This document shows, one piece after another, positions 20,787 to 40,270 of a stretch of 64,000 bases of DNA. Position 1 is the first letter of the stretch. Each line of letters begins with the position of its first letter. Below the pieces are notes generated by a model. The model saw only the letters and a list, made by a program, of their open reading frames with translations, did not search any database and had not been told where the DNA came from. The DNA is taken from NCBI RefSeq assembly GCF_009914755.1, contig NC_060944.1, one strand, 5' to 3'. The stretch comes from the human T2T-CHM13v2.0 reference genome, Homo sapiens. A program made the position numbers and the translations under genes.

Positions 20787-21917
20787 CTTATCCGAGGTCA
20801 TACCACCATTGAGGAGCAGAATTTGGACTCAAACCCAAGCAATCTGGCTTCAGAGTCCACACCCATTACATAAACTGCCCCTGACACATAGGGACTTGTT
20901 TAATGTTAGGTTTTAGTGAAGGAATTTCCAAACATGGGCAATGGAAAAGGCAAGGCTTTGGGGCAACAGGTCCTTTGCTCCCTCCAAGGGTCTTTGGTCA
21001 CAACATGGGATGGAGCCTGTCCTTCATTTATTCACTCAATAAACACGGAGCACTAGAAGTAGTACAATGAACAATACAGCCATGGTCCCTGCCCTCAAGG
21101 AGCTTCCAGCGTCAAGGAAGACAGTTAAAAAACAAGCATATAAATACAAGAAATAGATTCTGTGGTAACTGCCACACTGGAAATGATGAGGGTACTGTGA
21201 TGGCCAGTTAGAATGCATGTGGGAAGTGAGGGGAGACTAGGACCACATAGACAAGTTTGACTGTTAAATGACATTTCTGGACATACAACCTCAGACTAGC
21301 AGAGAACAAGCAGGCCAGAAGAAATAGCACTGAGTGGGAGGTGGAGGGGAAAGGCTTCCCTGCATCTCTCTGGATTAAAACACATCCCATGTAATCCTCA
21401 AATGATGCCTTAGGCATATCCACAGGTTTTATTCAACCCTGCCGAGCAGTCCACACTTCCCTCTTACTAAGGTAGAGAATCTTAGAATGATACAGTGCTG
21501 GCCTCAAAATCTCCATGAGGCAAAGAATCCACCCTCTGAAGACGGTGTGTAGTATAATCGTTAACAGTGTGGTGTGAACCCAGCTCAGTCCTCCTGGGTC
21601 CAAATCCCAGCTCAGTCATTTCCCATTGAGTGACCTTGGCCTCAGTTCCTCATCTGTACAACTCTCCTTCAGAGCACAGTTAAAGGATCACTTTAGCACA
21701 GTGCCTGGCACGTAGTAAATGCTCAATAAATAGGAGGCAAGATTATCAGCATGACAGCTTAGATTGCTGGAACAACCAGGACCCATTCTAGGTAAATCCT
21801 CTCACTCACCAGTAAAGAGAGGAATGAACTTGCCCAAGCTCCCATAGCCACTAAGTGGTGGGTCTGGAACCGGAACCCGAGACCCTAGCTCCCAGGTGAG
21901 GACACTTTCTATAATAA

Positions 21918-26723
<4,806 letters not shown>

Positions 26724-27163
26724 AAAAGAAACAAATCTTATCAGAGACCTTCTCTGTCCATCCTCATCAGCCTTCCCATCCCCACCCCCTCCATGCACAC
26801 ACCACTCTAACCCCTTCCCTTGCCTTTCCTCTTCTCAGCACTTATCACCACCCAACATATGTTTATCCACTTATTTTCTATCTCCACCAACTAAAGTGTC
26901 AGCTGCATGAAAGCAAGGACCTTCTTTTCTTTCACTGCTACATGTCTTTCACTGTTATGATTTCACAACCATCATAACATAAATGAATATTTATTGAGAG
27001 AATCCCATTTTATAGATTAGGAAACTGAGGTACAGGCTGATTTAGCAACTTGCTCTAAGTTGCCCACCAAGTCAGTGGTGGGGCCAGAACTTAAATGCTG
27101 ATAGAGGCCCCTCTGTCCTCCAGGACCTGAGAGTCTAGTCCTCATTTTTACAAGCACACATGT

Positions 27164-27186
27164 GCACACACACACACACACACACA
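27164..27186. repeat. (CA)n microsatellite just inside the DEFB124 donor
   Basis: Direct reading. Confidence 0.9.
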
Positions 27187-27204
27187 TGCACACGATGTTG
27201 TTAC

Positions 27205-27262
27205 CTGATGGCACATGACCCAGAACCAGGAGAGCCACAAGGAACAGAAGCAGCTGTGTCAT
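27205..27262 (-). CDS. DEFB124: Beta-defensin 124, signal-peptide exon
   Basis: GCC-ATG, MTQLLLFLVALLVLGHVPS(G), phase-1 donor G|GTAACA at 27204; typical 58-nt defensin first coding exon, in frame with the 19623-19780 exon. Confidence 0.95.
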
Positions 27263-27829
27263 GGCCACGGGGCTCCTGGGGAGGCTGCTGGAGAGAGCAC
27301 AAGAGGAAAGACCCGAGCAGGCTGAGCCTCGCTGCTTCCAGCCCAGGCTTTATTGAGCTGCAGATGAAGGCAGTGCTGTGGGCAGCAGGCCTAAGTGGGA
27401 GTATGAGGCCATGTGGTCCCCAGGCTGCTTGGGATTTCAGCCAGCTACGTGGGAACTGGTCAGCCACACCCTCCGGAGCCTGTTGAGCTCGGAAGGGGAG
27501 GTAGAATTTTCTGAGGCAGTGTCTAGGGTCAGAAACTAGACATCTTCCCCACCTAAGAGAGTGGAAAAAATCTTGGCTTAAGAGAGACCTAGTTCAATCC
27601 CCCGCATCTCCCCCTAACTGCTGTGAGACATCAGACAAGTCACTTAACCTCTCTGAGCCTCAGGCTGTTGTCTATGAAATGATGACAAGCATCCCTTACA
27701 AGGCCAAGTGAACAGCATGTATGCAGGCCTACTCTAAAATGGGAAGAGTAATAGTACCCATGTCATAGAGAGTAATAGCTACCCATCTCATTTAGGGGAC
27801 TAAATGAAGTAATACAGTGGCTCCTATAC

Positions 27830-28146
27830 TATGGTTCCCCCAGCAAGCAGCAGCAACACCTGGGACTTGTTAGAAACACCAGTTCTTTAGCCCTACCCCA
27901 AACCTACTGAATTCACCTCTTCCTAAGCAGAAGAAGGCCACAGGTCACAGAGCAGCCCATGGGTCACAGGTTAAACCACTGGTTACAAGTTAGACCACAG
28001 ATTCACTAACACTGGTCACAAGTTAGCTCTCTGGTCATTTGTTAGATCACTAGTCATAGATGAGAGTATGGGTGGGTCCCGGCAAAATGTGGCTTAACAA
28101 GCCCTCCAAGTGATTCTAACACACCGCCAAAGTTTGAGAACCCCTG
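27830..28146 (+). mobile_element. MER5A DNA-transposon relic split by a 161-bp insertion
   Basis: cagcagcaacacctgggacttgttagaaa...acctactgaat [insert] gggtgggtccc...aacaagccctccaagtgattcta...agtttgagaacccctg. Confidence 0.75.
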
Positions 28147-28875
28147 AGATAATATCCGTGCAGAGCTTAGAACAGTGTCTGGTACACAGGAATCTAAGTT
28201 GCATCATGAAAGATGAGTAGGGGAAAAGGTATCCCGGGCAGAAAGAATAGAATGTGCCTAGAAGAGTAGGGCATGAGCCAAGCAAGGGTTTTCCTGGGAG
28301 GAGAGGTTGAAATGATTCTGCAGAGAATAGGTTGGGGCTTGAATGCCAAGTTCAGACTTTTGTATTATAGACAACCAAAAGTTTTTTAGCAAGAGTGTAA
28401 GCTGTTCATATTATAGTTTTAAATAAAGAAACTGAAACCCAAAGAGGGAAGTTGACTTGCCTAAGGTCACACAGCAATTGTGCTGCAGAGATGGAAAAGC
28501 CAAGTCACCTCACTCCCAGACAATGAAGGGTGCTGCACCACTCATGGCCCATCTTGCAAGTTAGAAAGGTAAGCTTAGAGGGCCAAGCCACGGAAGGAAG
28601 CCAGGCACGAGGGGGTTCTGTATCAGCTCCAAGACCTGTGGGGGCTGAGCCAGTCTGTTCAGCTGCTGTGGGAGTTATTCCAAGCTGAACACCTGAATCC
28701 CCTCAGCCATGACAATGAGCCCCACCCACAGGTGCAGCCTGGTCTCCATGGGCTCCACACACAGACACACCCCAATTTCTCAAGACCTAAAGGGAGGCAG
28801 CCCAGTCAAAGAGTCTGGATCCTGGCCCCTTGGATGGCCGACGTCACCAGCAATCTCTTTCCTCCTCCTCCATAC

Positions 28876-28960
28876 CTGGGAGCATTTTTTTTTTCAGCCA
28901 TGAGTAATAGAAACAGTAGACAGAGTGGCAGAGACCTCAGGCCCAGGCCCAGCTAAGCCT
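28876..28960 (-). other. DEFB124: Candidate upstream non-coding exon of DEFB124 (5' boundary uncertain)
   Basis: Minus-strand donor CCCAG|GTATGG at 28875; strong acceptor (tctttcctcttgtgctctctccag|cag) 25 nt upstream of the DEFB124 ATG implies an upstream exon. Confidence 0.4.
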
Positions 28961-29074
28961 CAGTTGGTGAATGAATGAATGATGCCAAAATAAGATTTTC
29001 ATAATTCTTCAGTGCAGACTTCCTGAGCTCTCTCTTCCTCCAAGCCACCTCCCAAAATTAATTCTTCATCCAGA

Positions 29075-29250
29075 GCAGAGTTTCTTAAAGTGAGGTCAGT
29101 GAACCGCCTGCATCAGGATCACTTGGGGCACTTGTTTAAAACGCAGATTCCCGAACCCCTCCCCCAGCACCGTGGAATCCGCCTCTCTTGGAAGGCGGGA
29201 CCTGAAAATTTAGCAAGTTCCCCAAGTGGTTTTTCTGGGGGCTAATATGT
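29075..29250 (+). mobile_element. MER5-like relic just upstream of the REM1 promoter
   Basis: gtttcttaaagtgaggtc...cctgcatcaggatcacttgggg...cttgtttaaaacgcagattcc. Confidence 0.6.
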
Positions 29251-29349
29251 TAGTGCATCCCCTTGATGGAGTGGACAGATGTGGACGCAGATGGAGCTCC
29301 AGACCCAGGAATCCAGAGCCCCCATCCTTCCTTTCTCGTCTGCCACCCT

Positions 29350-30150
29350 CACCCGGTGCGTAGGGCTGGCAGAAGCGGGTCAGCTGAGCTCTGCACTTTC
29401 AGAAAAGTCACTGAGCGGCCAGGGCCTTGGGGCGGGGACCCCGGGGCTGCCCTAATGGGGCGGGGCTGGATGGGGCGGGGTCGCGGCTCCTCCCCCGGCC
29501 GAGGCGGCGAGGGGAGGGGAACTGGCCTGAGGGGCTGCTCACTGAGGCGGGTGGTACAGCCTGGAGCATCCAGCCGCTGGAGCTGCGAGGGACCCTGGAC
29601 CCCTCCCACGCCGAGGTAAAGCCCTGCGCTACGCGCCGCCAACTTGCTCAAGTTGGAGCAGAGTTCGCCAGGCGATTGAAGGGGGATTCGGCAGCGTTGG
29701 CAGGAATAGGGGGGCTTCGAAACCGCGTCCCTAGGGTGAGGGTCTTCAGACCTGGGACCCGGAGGGCTGGATAGCCCTGGACAAAGAACCCTCCAACCCC
29801 AGGATGGGGGATTCACACCCGGGATGCCGGCTGAGAAAGCTCGGACCCAGACTCCAGGAATGGCACAGCGTTCCCGGGCCCTGTGGTCTGCCCTCCCCGT
29901 CCCCTGCCAGGACCCTGTCCTGTCACCTAACCTGGGGCCTGACCGGCGGCAGCTCCCGTCCCCAAAAGCAGTTGGAGGCCGTAGCGCCAGCCGCTCCTGA
30001 ATTTTTCACACAGGGGGCGGGTCAGACACGCGGTTCCCATGGCACTAGGGCACTCGGGTTACAGTCGGGTTACCCCCATACCCCCCTCGCGCTTCTGGAG
30101 TGCCAACCCGCCCTCCTGCCTCTTCCTCCTCAGACCCCGTGAAATTGGGC
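29350..30150 (+). promoter_or_regulatory. REM1: CpG-island, TATA-less promoter of REM1 with three GC boxes
   Basis: High CpG density; GGGGCGGGG at 29429, 29457 and 29472; lies ~1 kb upstream of the first coding exon. Confidence 0.8.
29540..29615 (+). other. REM1: REM1 non-coding exon 1 (start approximate)
   Basis: Donor CGAG|GTAAAG at 29616 downstream of the GC boxes; matching acceptor ccggatccag| at 30475. Confidence 0.6.
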
Positions 30151-30694
30151 ATCGAAAGTTAAGTAGCCCCTACCCTTGGGGGAGACCTGAAACTGCACTC
30201 CCAACCCAGAAGCTGTGAAAGAGAGCGGTGGGGAAGGGGAGGAGGGGGACAATTCAGATGTCTTTCAGAGCCAGGGCCTCATGTTCTGTGGCAAGGGCAG
30301 GTCCGTGTACACGGAATGGGGAGTGTGCATGTGAGGACATCCCACCTTACTACTGCCCCTCCACCTGCCTGTCTGTCATCAGGAGTAGATCATCCTTAAG
30401 ACAAGGGAATGGCCTCTGGGTGTGCATGTCTGTGTGTTCACAGCCTGCACACTCACTCCTTCCATCCGGATCCAGGTTTATGCAGAGCCTGAGGCCAGAA
30501 AACCTAGGGACTTTCTGCCCCAAGAAGCTGAGGCACCTCCTACTCCCATCTGAACAAGAGGGGGATCTGGAAGAAGCCATACAGCAGCTCATCAGGACAC
30601 TATAGAAAGAAGCAGCTCAAAGCAATTGGCTGACAGCCAATTCCCCCTTCTTTCAGAAGGAAAGAAGGAAGAAGCAAACCCCCCCCTACCAAAG

Positions 30695-31034
30695 ATGACA
30701 CTCAACACCGAGCAGGAAGCAAAGACCCCTCTGCACCGGCGAGCCAGCACCCCACTGCCCCTGTCCCCACGGGGCCGCCAGCCTGGCCGCCTGAGCACAG
30801 TGCCTTCCACTCAATCCCAGCATCCCCGGCTGGGCCAATCAGCCTCCCTCAACCCTCCCACCCAGAAACCTTCACCTGCCCCAGATGATTGGTCTTCTGA
30901 ATCCAGCGACTCTGAAGGCTCCTGGGAGGCTCTCTACCGTGTGGTGCTACTTGGAGATCCTGGAGTGGGGAAGACCAGCTTGGCCAGCCTCTTTGCAGGG
31001 AAGCAAGAGAGGGACCTCCATGAACAGCTGGGAG
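30695..31034 (+). CDS. REM1: GTP-binding protein REM1 (RGK family), coding exon 1
   Basis: AAAG-ATG, MTLNTEQEAKTPLHRRASTP...YRVVLLGDPGVGKTSLASLF (G1 P-loop); donor G|GTAGGG at 31035. Confidence 0.97.
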
Positions 31035-32076
31035 GTAGGGGCCATATGGGCTGGGCTGGGATGTGGCCAAAGGAGCGAAAGCCCTGTCACCAGGGACACA
31101 GGGCTGCCAAGAACAGTTGTACAAGTCATGCACTGTTCAACTCTAAGGGGCATCATTCACTTAGACTATGACATGCACGATGCCCCCCCGCCCTCCAAAG
31201 TTGTACAGGGCACAGCCTGCACAATGGTCAAGGGGAGGGAAATTCTTGAATAGAACAAGAATTTTGCCAACTTCCCATGAATGAGAAGTATATGATTCAT
31301 TTCCATGTCATGCGGGTGGCAATTCTGAATTCCATGTTAAGAAATGGTGGACTTCCACCAAGGTCAGAAACTCCCCTCCCTGACTCCTCTGACTCTTAGA
31401 TTCTCCCAGTCCCATAGACACCCATCCATGGTCACCATGATCTACAGCAAAACTAAGATCCTTTGCAGAAGGGAGACTCCGAGACCCCAAGTTCTGGGCC
31501 CTGGGTTGCTTTATTCCCAAGAACTGCTGTGAGCTGAGAGTGTCGGGGGCCCCAGGATGATGGGGTACAGGGAAGATAGAAGAGATGAAGGTAGGCCCCT
31601 GAAGGACTGGCCAAAAGGACATAGGGTGAGTGGGGGAAGGGGGTTGATTAAATGCAGAGAAAAGGTAGGGACATCTAGCCAGACTCCTCTCTAGTCTTGA
31701 CTTCTCTCTCCGAGTGAGAACACATATGTGTTACAGATAGGGAGACTGAGGTCAAGAGAGGATAACATGACCTGCCTGAAGCACTCACTAAATCAGAGAC
31801 AGAGCAGGCCTGGGAGAATTCCTAGCCCAACTTTAACCCCACCACCCCACCTTCATTCAATCAATCAAATCTTTCTGGCACCTACTATGTGCCAGGTACT
31901 ATGGCAGCTGGGGAGACATGGGCTCCTACCAGGAGAGACAGGCATCAAACAAGTGTGATAAGCGTTTCCGAGGACAAGTGGAGGGGGCGATATGACCAGA
32001 AATGGGGGGCAGGGAACACCACACTCTCTCAGGCTTGCCCGTCCTCCCTGAGATCCAGCTCTTCCCTCGGTTGCAG

Positions 32077-32159
32077 AAGATGTATATGAGAGGACCCTCA
32101 CGGTGGATGGAGAAGACACCACACTGGTGGTCGTGGACACCTGGGAGGCCGAGAAACTG
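32077..32159 (+). CDS. REM1: REM1 coding exon 2
   Basis: ttgcag acceptor; (E)DVYERTLTVDGEDTTLVVVDTWEAEKL with RGK-type DxWE G3 motif; donor CTG|GTATGG. Confidence 0.97.
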
Positions 32160-33042
32160 GTATGGCACTGCAAGCAGAATTTGGGGAGAGGGGTGCTGAG
32201 CCTAATACTAGACTCCTTCCTGTCCCCTCCTGGGGACACTACAGATCAGGTGTGAGCAACGGCCATCCTCAGCACCCTCCCCCAAAACCCACAGCTCCTA
32301 AGCAGTCTTTCCAATCCCAAACAGAAGACCCTTATGACCCTGACCCCTTTTCTCACTCCACAATCCCCTCCTAGCAGCCATCTCAGAATGTACTTCTCCC
32401 CCTGCAGATCTCCCCATCATTATTTCCACCCTCTTCCCACCCCTCCCACCCACATTGTACAGAAGGAACGCTGGATTTGGCCCCAAAATACCTAAGGCTG
32501 AACCCCCTTTCTTTTTCTTACTAGTTGTGTAGTTTTGTGCAATTGACTTAGCCACTCCGAGCTTCAGTTTTCTCATCTGATAAATGGGTTAACCATTCCT
32601 GCCTTCCTCATCAGCTAGTTTTTTAAAGTTCTTATGCAATTTCAGAGGTAAGCCCAGTTTAAAGCATGAAAAACTGCTGAATAGGGGTGAAGAATTGTAA
32701 ATGATAACTCTTAGTAATTATGACTTGGTAGCTAGAGAAAAAGGAAATCAGGGCAGGAAGACAGCAGTAGGCAGGAATATGTCCCTATTATGATTGTATC
32801 TGGTTTGTGTTTTCTTTTCTTTTGCTACATGGGTAATACATGCTCATTGTAGAACTCTGAGGAAAAACACCTAAGCAAAGAGAAGGATCTAAAATCACCT
32901 GGGATCCCATCTCTCTAGGGGATAGGCTGCTCAAAAACTAAATGGTGAGTCTTCTGATTCCCATTCTACTGATGAGGAAACCAAAGACCAGAGCGGTTAA
33001 ATAATAATAATAATGTGTCCAAAGCTCTCAAATAGCAAGTAA

Positions 33043-35545
<2,503 letters not shown>

Positions 35546-36515
35546 TCACAACCACACACAGTCTTTCTCACTTCAGGCCTTAGCTCTGACTGTTCCCTTT
35601 GTCTGGAATCTCTTCCCTCCTGCTTGGCCTCCCCCTCCTTCCTAACCCCATTCGCCAGTCCCCTGTGAAGCCCTCGCACACTCTGCCAGGTGGGGTTGTT
35701 CTGGCCTCCCCACCCCACTCCTCCAGCCACTTACACATGTCTCTTACTGGTACTTTCACACTACACTATAACTCCCATTTCCATAAGCTCTCTTCCAGAC
35801 CATGAGCTTTTGGAGGGCAGAAACCGTGTCTTACTCAACACTTATAAGGTTACTACCCAGGTAGTCCAGTCTTGGAGGGCTGTCCCTAACAAAAGATCAC
35901 CATCCAAAATATCAAAAGCACTGCAGTTCTTTCTTTTTCTTGGTCAAACAACTTGAAAGGACTCCACTTCTTAAAGTGCCCCTTGACTGTCTCATCCCCT
36001 TGTGAACTTACACTTTACAGTTGCTCCTTCACCTCCATCTTCAAAACTGTCCTGAAAAATGCCTTCCCTCTAAAGTCAGCCTCCTGTCCTCACTTTTCTC
36101 TCTTTTTTCTCTTCATTCTGGATTTCACCAGGCATAAAGAACCATATGGCAAGACTAAACCCTCCTCAGAAACAAGACAAAAGAGCTAAACAGGTCAAGA
36201 GAGAACCCTCTTTAGCAGGAACAGGAACCAAGTAAATTTTGCCTGCACTACCCAGCCTGCAAAAGTATCAGTGAGTGAGAGAATTCTGTGAGGTAGTGTT
36301 ATTAGCCTAAATTTTTAAGCAGAGAAACTGAGGCTCAGAAAGAATCACCAATTTTCCCAAGGTGACACAGGGAATTATAGCAGAAGTTGTCCCCCACACC
36401 TGTCCAAACTATAAACCTCAAGCTGCATCCCACCCATTAGACCATCCCAGCTCCACCTTCCTCAGCCAGGGCCTAGATACCCTCTGAGGATGGGTCTTGG
36501 GTCCCTCTCCTGCAG

Positions 36516-36717
36516 GATAAAAGCTGGAGCCAGGAGTCATGCCTGCAGGGGGGCAGTGCCTATGTCATCGTATACTCCATCGCAGACCGAGGCAGCTTTG
36601 AGAGTGCCTCTGAGCTCCGCATCCAGCTGCGGCGCACACATCAGGCAGACCATGTGCCCATCATCCTCGTGGGCAACAAGGCAGACTTGGCCCGCTGCCG
36701 AGAAGTCTCTGTGGAAG
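36516..36717 (+). CDS. REM1: REM1 coding exon 3
   Basis: ctgcag acceptor; DKSWSQESCLQGGSAYVIVYSIADRGSF...PIILVGNKADL (G4 NKxD); donor G|GTGAGC. Confidence 0.97.
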
Positions 36718-37077
36718 GTGAGCCCTCCATCCCACCACCTCCTCTTCACCTGGGCCCCACTGTCATGGCTGCTCCTCCAGCGCTCTTCATCTCAGTGACT
36801 GTCCCTGCCAAGCTGCCCCTACCCTGCAGCCACTTGCCTAAGCCTGCAAGCTGGGAACCATTCTTGCCTCCCACTCATCACCCCCAAACCAGTCCCCAGA
36901 TCCTGTCAGGCCACCTCCATTAATTCCACATTCCCTTCCCTCTCTGCCTACAGTCTCTGTGCTATCCTGGCATCTCCACCTTCGCCAGTCCTCCTGCTTC
37001 TCAATTATTCCTCCTTGCCATCTGCCAGAATTTTCCAAGACCAGAGTTGAATTTGCACTTCTTAAAAATTCCTGTAT

Positions 37078-37566
<489 letters not shown>

Positions 37567-38024
37567 TTAATCAGAGACACTTTATCCACCAGGATGATAG
37601 GCCCAGTGCCTACAGGCTTTTCAAGGGCTTACATTTGAGAACTGAAAAGAACCATTATTGGCTCCAAAATACAGTGAAAAAAATTAGAAATTCAAATTTC
37701 TCAAAGCTTTAATTGTCTGCAAAACATATTTTGTCAACCAGTAACTACAAACCAAAATTTTAAACGTCATATATGGCTTGTATTTACAATGGGATGGGGA
37801 CTATTTTAATAAGTTTGACATATCAGATAGGGCCCATAACAATTTTTCAATGGTCTTACTCACAGAGTAAAATCTAAAAAAATGTGTAAACTGAGACCCA
37901 GAAAGGAAAAAGCTAGTTTCACAGTCACCAGCCCCTGAGGACTAGAACTCGGGCTCAGTGGCTCCTGGAGGTGGAAGACCCTATGCTTTGTGAACAGACA
38001 TCCAAAAAAAAAAAAAAAAAACTG

Positions 38025-38170
38025 CAACATAAGCCCCAGGAGATTTTGTTAAAGCACAGATTTCCAGACCTCAACCCAAACCTACAGAATCAGAAACTCT
38101 GAGGGTGGGTCCAGGAATCTGCATTTAAACAAGCTCCTCCAGGTAATTCCGATCCACAGCAAATTAGACC
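38025..38170 (+). mobile_element. MER5A relic in REM1 last intron
   Basis: acctacagaatcagaaactctgagggtgggtccaggaatctgcatttaaacaagctcc. Confidence 0.7.
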
Positions 38171-38385
38171 CTTTACCTGGCATTCAATAATCTGACCCCT
38201 CCCTGACCCCAGCCTCTCTGTCTTCCCTCAAAGACCAGTCTGATTTATCTGAGTCCCCAGACAGCAGCACCAGGCATGAGCACAGGAAAAATTGCTTCCA
38301 ATCGAGACTAAACACATCTCTTCCTACCTTTTTCTCCGCCTTCCGTTATGGCTCCACCCCTCCTCGCCGGGCCCCGCCCCCTTAG

Positions 38386-38657
38386 AGGGCCGCGCCTGCG
38401 CTGTGGTGTTCGACTGTAAATTCATCGAGACATCCGCCACGCTGCAGCACAATGTGGCCGAGCTCTTCGAGGGCGTGGTGCGCCAACTGCGCTTGCGCCG
38501 CCGGGACAGTGCGGCCAAGGAACCCCCAGCACCCCGACGGCCGGCCAGCCTAGCCCAGCGCGCTCGTCGCTTCCTGGCACGCCTGACAGCCCGCAGCGCA
38601 CGCCGCCGGGCACTCAAGGCCCGCTCCAAGTCCTGCCACAATCTGGCCGTGCTCTGA
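38386..38657 (+). CDS. REM1: REM1 last coding exon
   Basis: ccttag acceptor; (E)GRACAVVFDCKFIETSA (G5), polybasic tail, RSKSCHNLAVL*; exons sum to 340+83+202+272 = 897 nt = 298 aa + stop. Confidence 0.97.
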
Positions 38658-38959
38658 AGCCCCCCGCCCTTCTGAGAGTTGGCGGGTCACTGAGGTGCAT
38701 TCTGGGCTCCAGGGACGCCACTGCGGGGCAAAGGCGCCGTTACCTGGAGTCTGCATCATGGGTCTTGCTTGCCTGCTGCCCTGATGGCCTGAGCATCCCC
38801 CAGATCCAAGCCTGGGGGATCCCGGGAAAGCGATGGACAGACAGACGATGGGGCCGAAGCCCCAAGCTGGGCACAAAGTAGTTTTTTACGTGGTGGGTGT
38901 CTTTTTGTAAAAAAATCTTCCTTGTCCCTGGGCTCTGGCCAACCCTCAGAAACCCTCAC

Positions 38960-38965
38960 AATAAA
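38960..38965 (+). terminator. REM1: REM1 proximal polyadenylation signal
   Basis: AATAAA ~300 nt after stop. Confidence 0.55.
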
Positions 38966-39102
38966 CCAGACCAGAAGGATGTCCCATCTGAATGCCCAGA
39001 CCTCTCCATCTCGGCTCTTCCAGGCGTCTCCACCTACTGCCCTCCCATCTACACTTGACTGTAGACTGGTCTGGCCTGCTGGCCTGGGCGTCAGGGCGCA
39101 TC

Positions 39103-39108
39103 AATAAA
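39103..39108 (+). terminator. REM1: REM1 distal polyadenylation signal
   Basis: AATAAA followed by gttttgtg GT-rich element. Confidence 0.6.
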
Positions 39109-39859
39109 GTACTTGGACCAGTTTTGTGCTCAGGCCCTTCTCTCAACAGTGGATCACAACCACAGTTCCGTGACCAGCTACTTTCTCATTAACCCATGTT
39201 TTACGTTCTAGATTCACATGTCTGGAAGGACCTCAGTACTCATCCTGGCAATAGAATTGCTGGCGTTTGTTGGGAGCTGTGTACTAAGCTGTCACAACAA
39301 TTATTCCTCCCAACACCTGGGAGAAGGGTTTCCGATTAACCCCATTTTGCTCGTTAGTAAACTGAGGCAGAGGACACCGAAGGCTCACCCAAGATCATAC
39401 AGCTGCTATACGCGAAGTTGCCGGGATTCCAGCCCAGGCTTGTCAGACTCTAGTGACCAACATATCCATTGTCCACTTTAAACATGATACAAAACCCTAT
39501 AGAATCTTGGCAAAACGAATTTAAAAACATAATTTCGCATCCAATTTAAAGGAGGTTGGGGCAGGAGCTCTATGAAACTCAATGCATTAATCCCCGGGAT
39601 GGACCCCAGTTTAATCCAACTCACTCATTTCCCGAAGGCAGAAACAAGCCTAGAGAGGGGAGGTGAGCATGCCAGAGTCACCCAGCCAGGGAGGATTACA
39701 CCCCAAGGCCCAGCCTCCTCCTGGGTCTCCCTTTGGCTGTGCGGGAGGAAGGAGGTGGTGAGGCGTCCAGCCTGGCTGGGGTCAGGGCTGGGTGTTGGGG
39801 ATCAGGTCAGGAGTTTCCAGCCCGAAGGGAAGGGGTGTCACTGCTTTGAGAAGAAAACA

Positions 39860-40270
39860 AGACGCAAACCGTTTGGACCATCGTGTCCCTGACGCCGGAC
39901 ATCCCTTCCCCCAACTATCCCAGACGCCCCAGCCCCGGGGGACGCGGTGCAGAGAAAGACCGCAGCACCCGCCAGCCAGCCAGCAGCGTCCTCCAGCCGC
40001 GAATCCCCGCACCCCAGCCTTCCAACGGGGATGGATGGCACTCACTCCCACACCCCAACCCCAGCCTGGGGAAGGGAAAAGAAGGAAGGTCTTCCCCCAC
40101 CCCAAGCTGTCTCCGGCCTGCGGTCAGGGGGAGGGGCTCTAGCTGTGGAAAGTTGGCAGAGGCGGCCGGCAGCAGCCGGGAGAGTGGAAAAAATGATATC
40201 AAACCCGGAAAAATGCAGGCCGGATGGAGGGCCGGAGTGGGCCCTGGGAGGTGAGAGGGCGGGAGGGAAG
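39860..40270. promoter_or_regulatory. Small CpG island / promoter-like region downstream of REM1
   Basis: Local CpG and GC enrichment in non-repeat sequence; donor-like GGAG|GTGAGA at 40251. Confidence 0.55.

Noticed and set aside
27017-27204. Cys-rich continuation (CMCVCVCVCTC) after the DEFB124 signal peptide
   Set aside because: Translation of the intronic (TG)n repeat past the splice donor
29690-29735. GGCTTCGAAACC resembling a tRNA B-box
   Set aside because: No A-box or cloverleaf; part of the REM1 CpG island
30626-30694. 23-aa N-terminal extension of REM1 shown in the ORF track
   Set aside because: Starts at TTG; the ATG at 30695 has good context and gives the known 298-aa length; the ORF's C-terminal part is intron read-through
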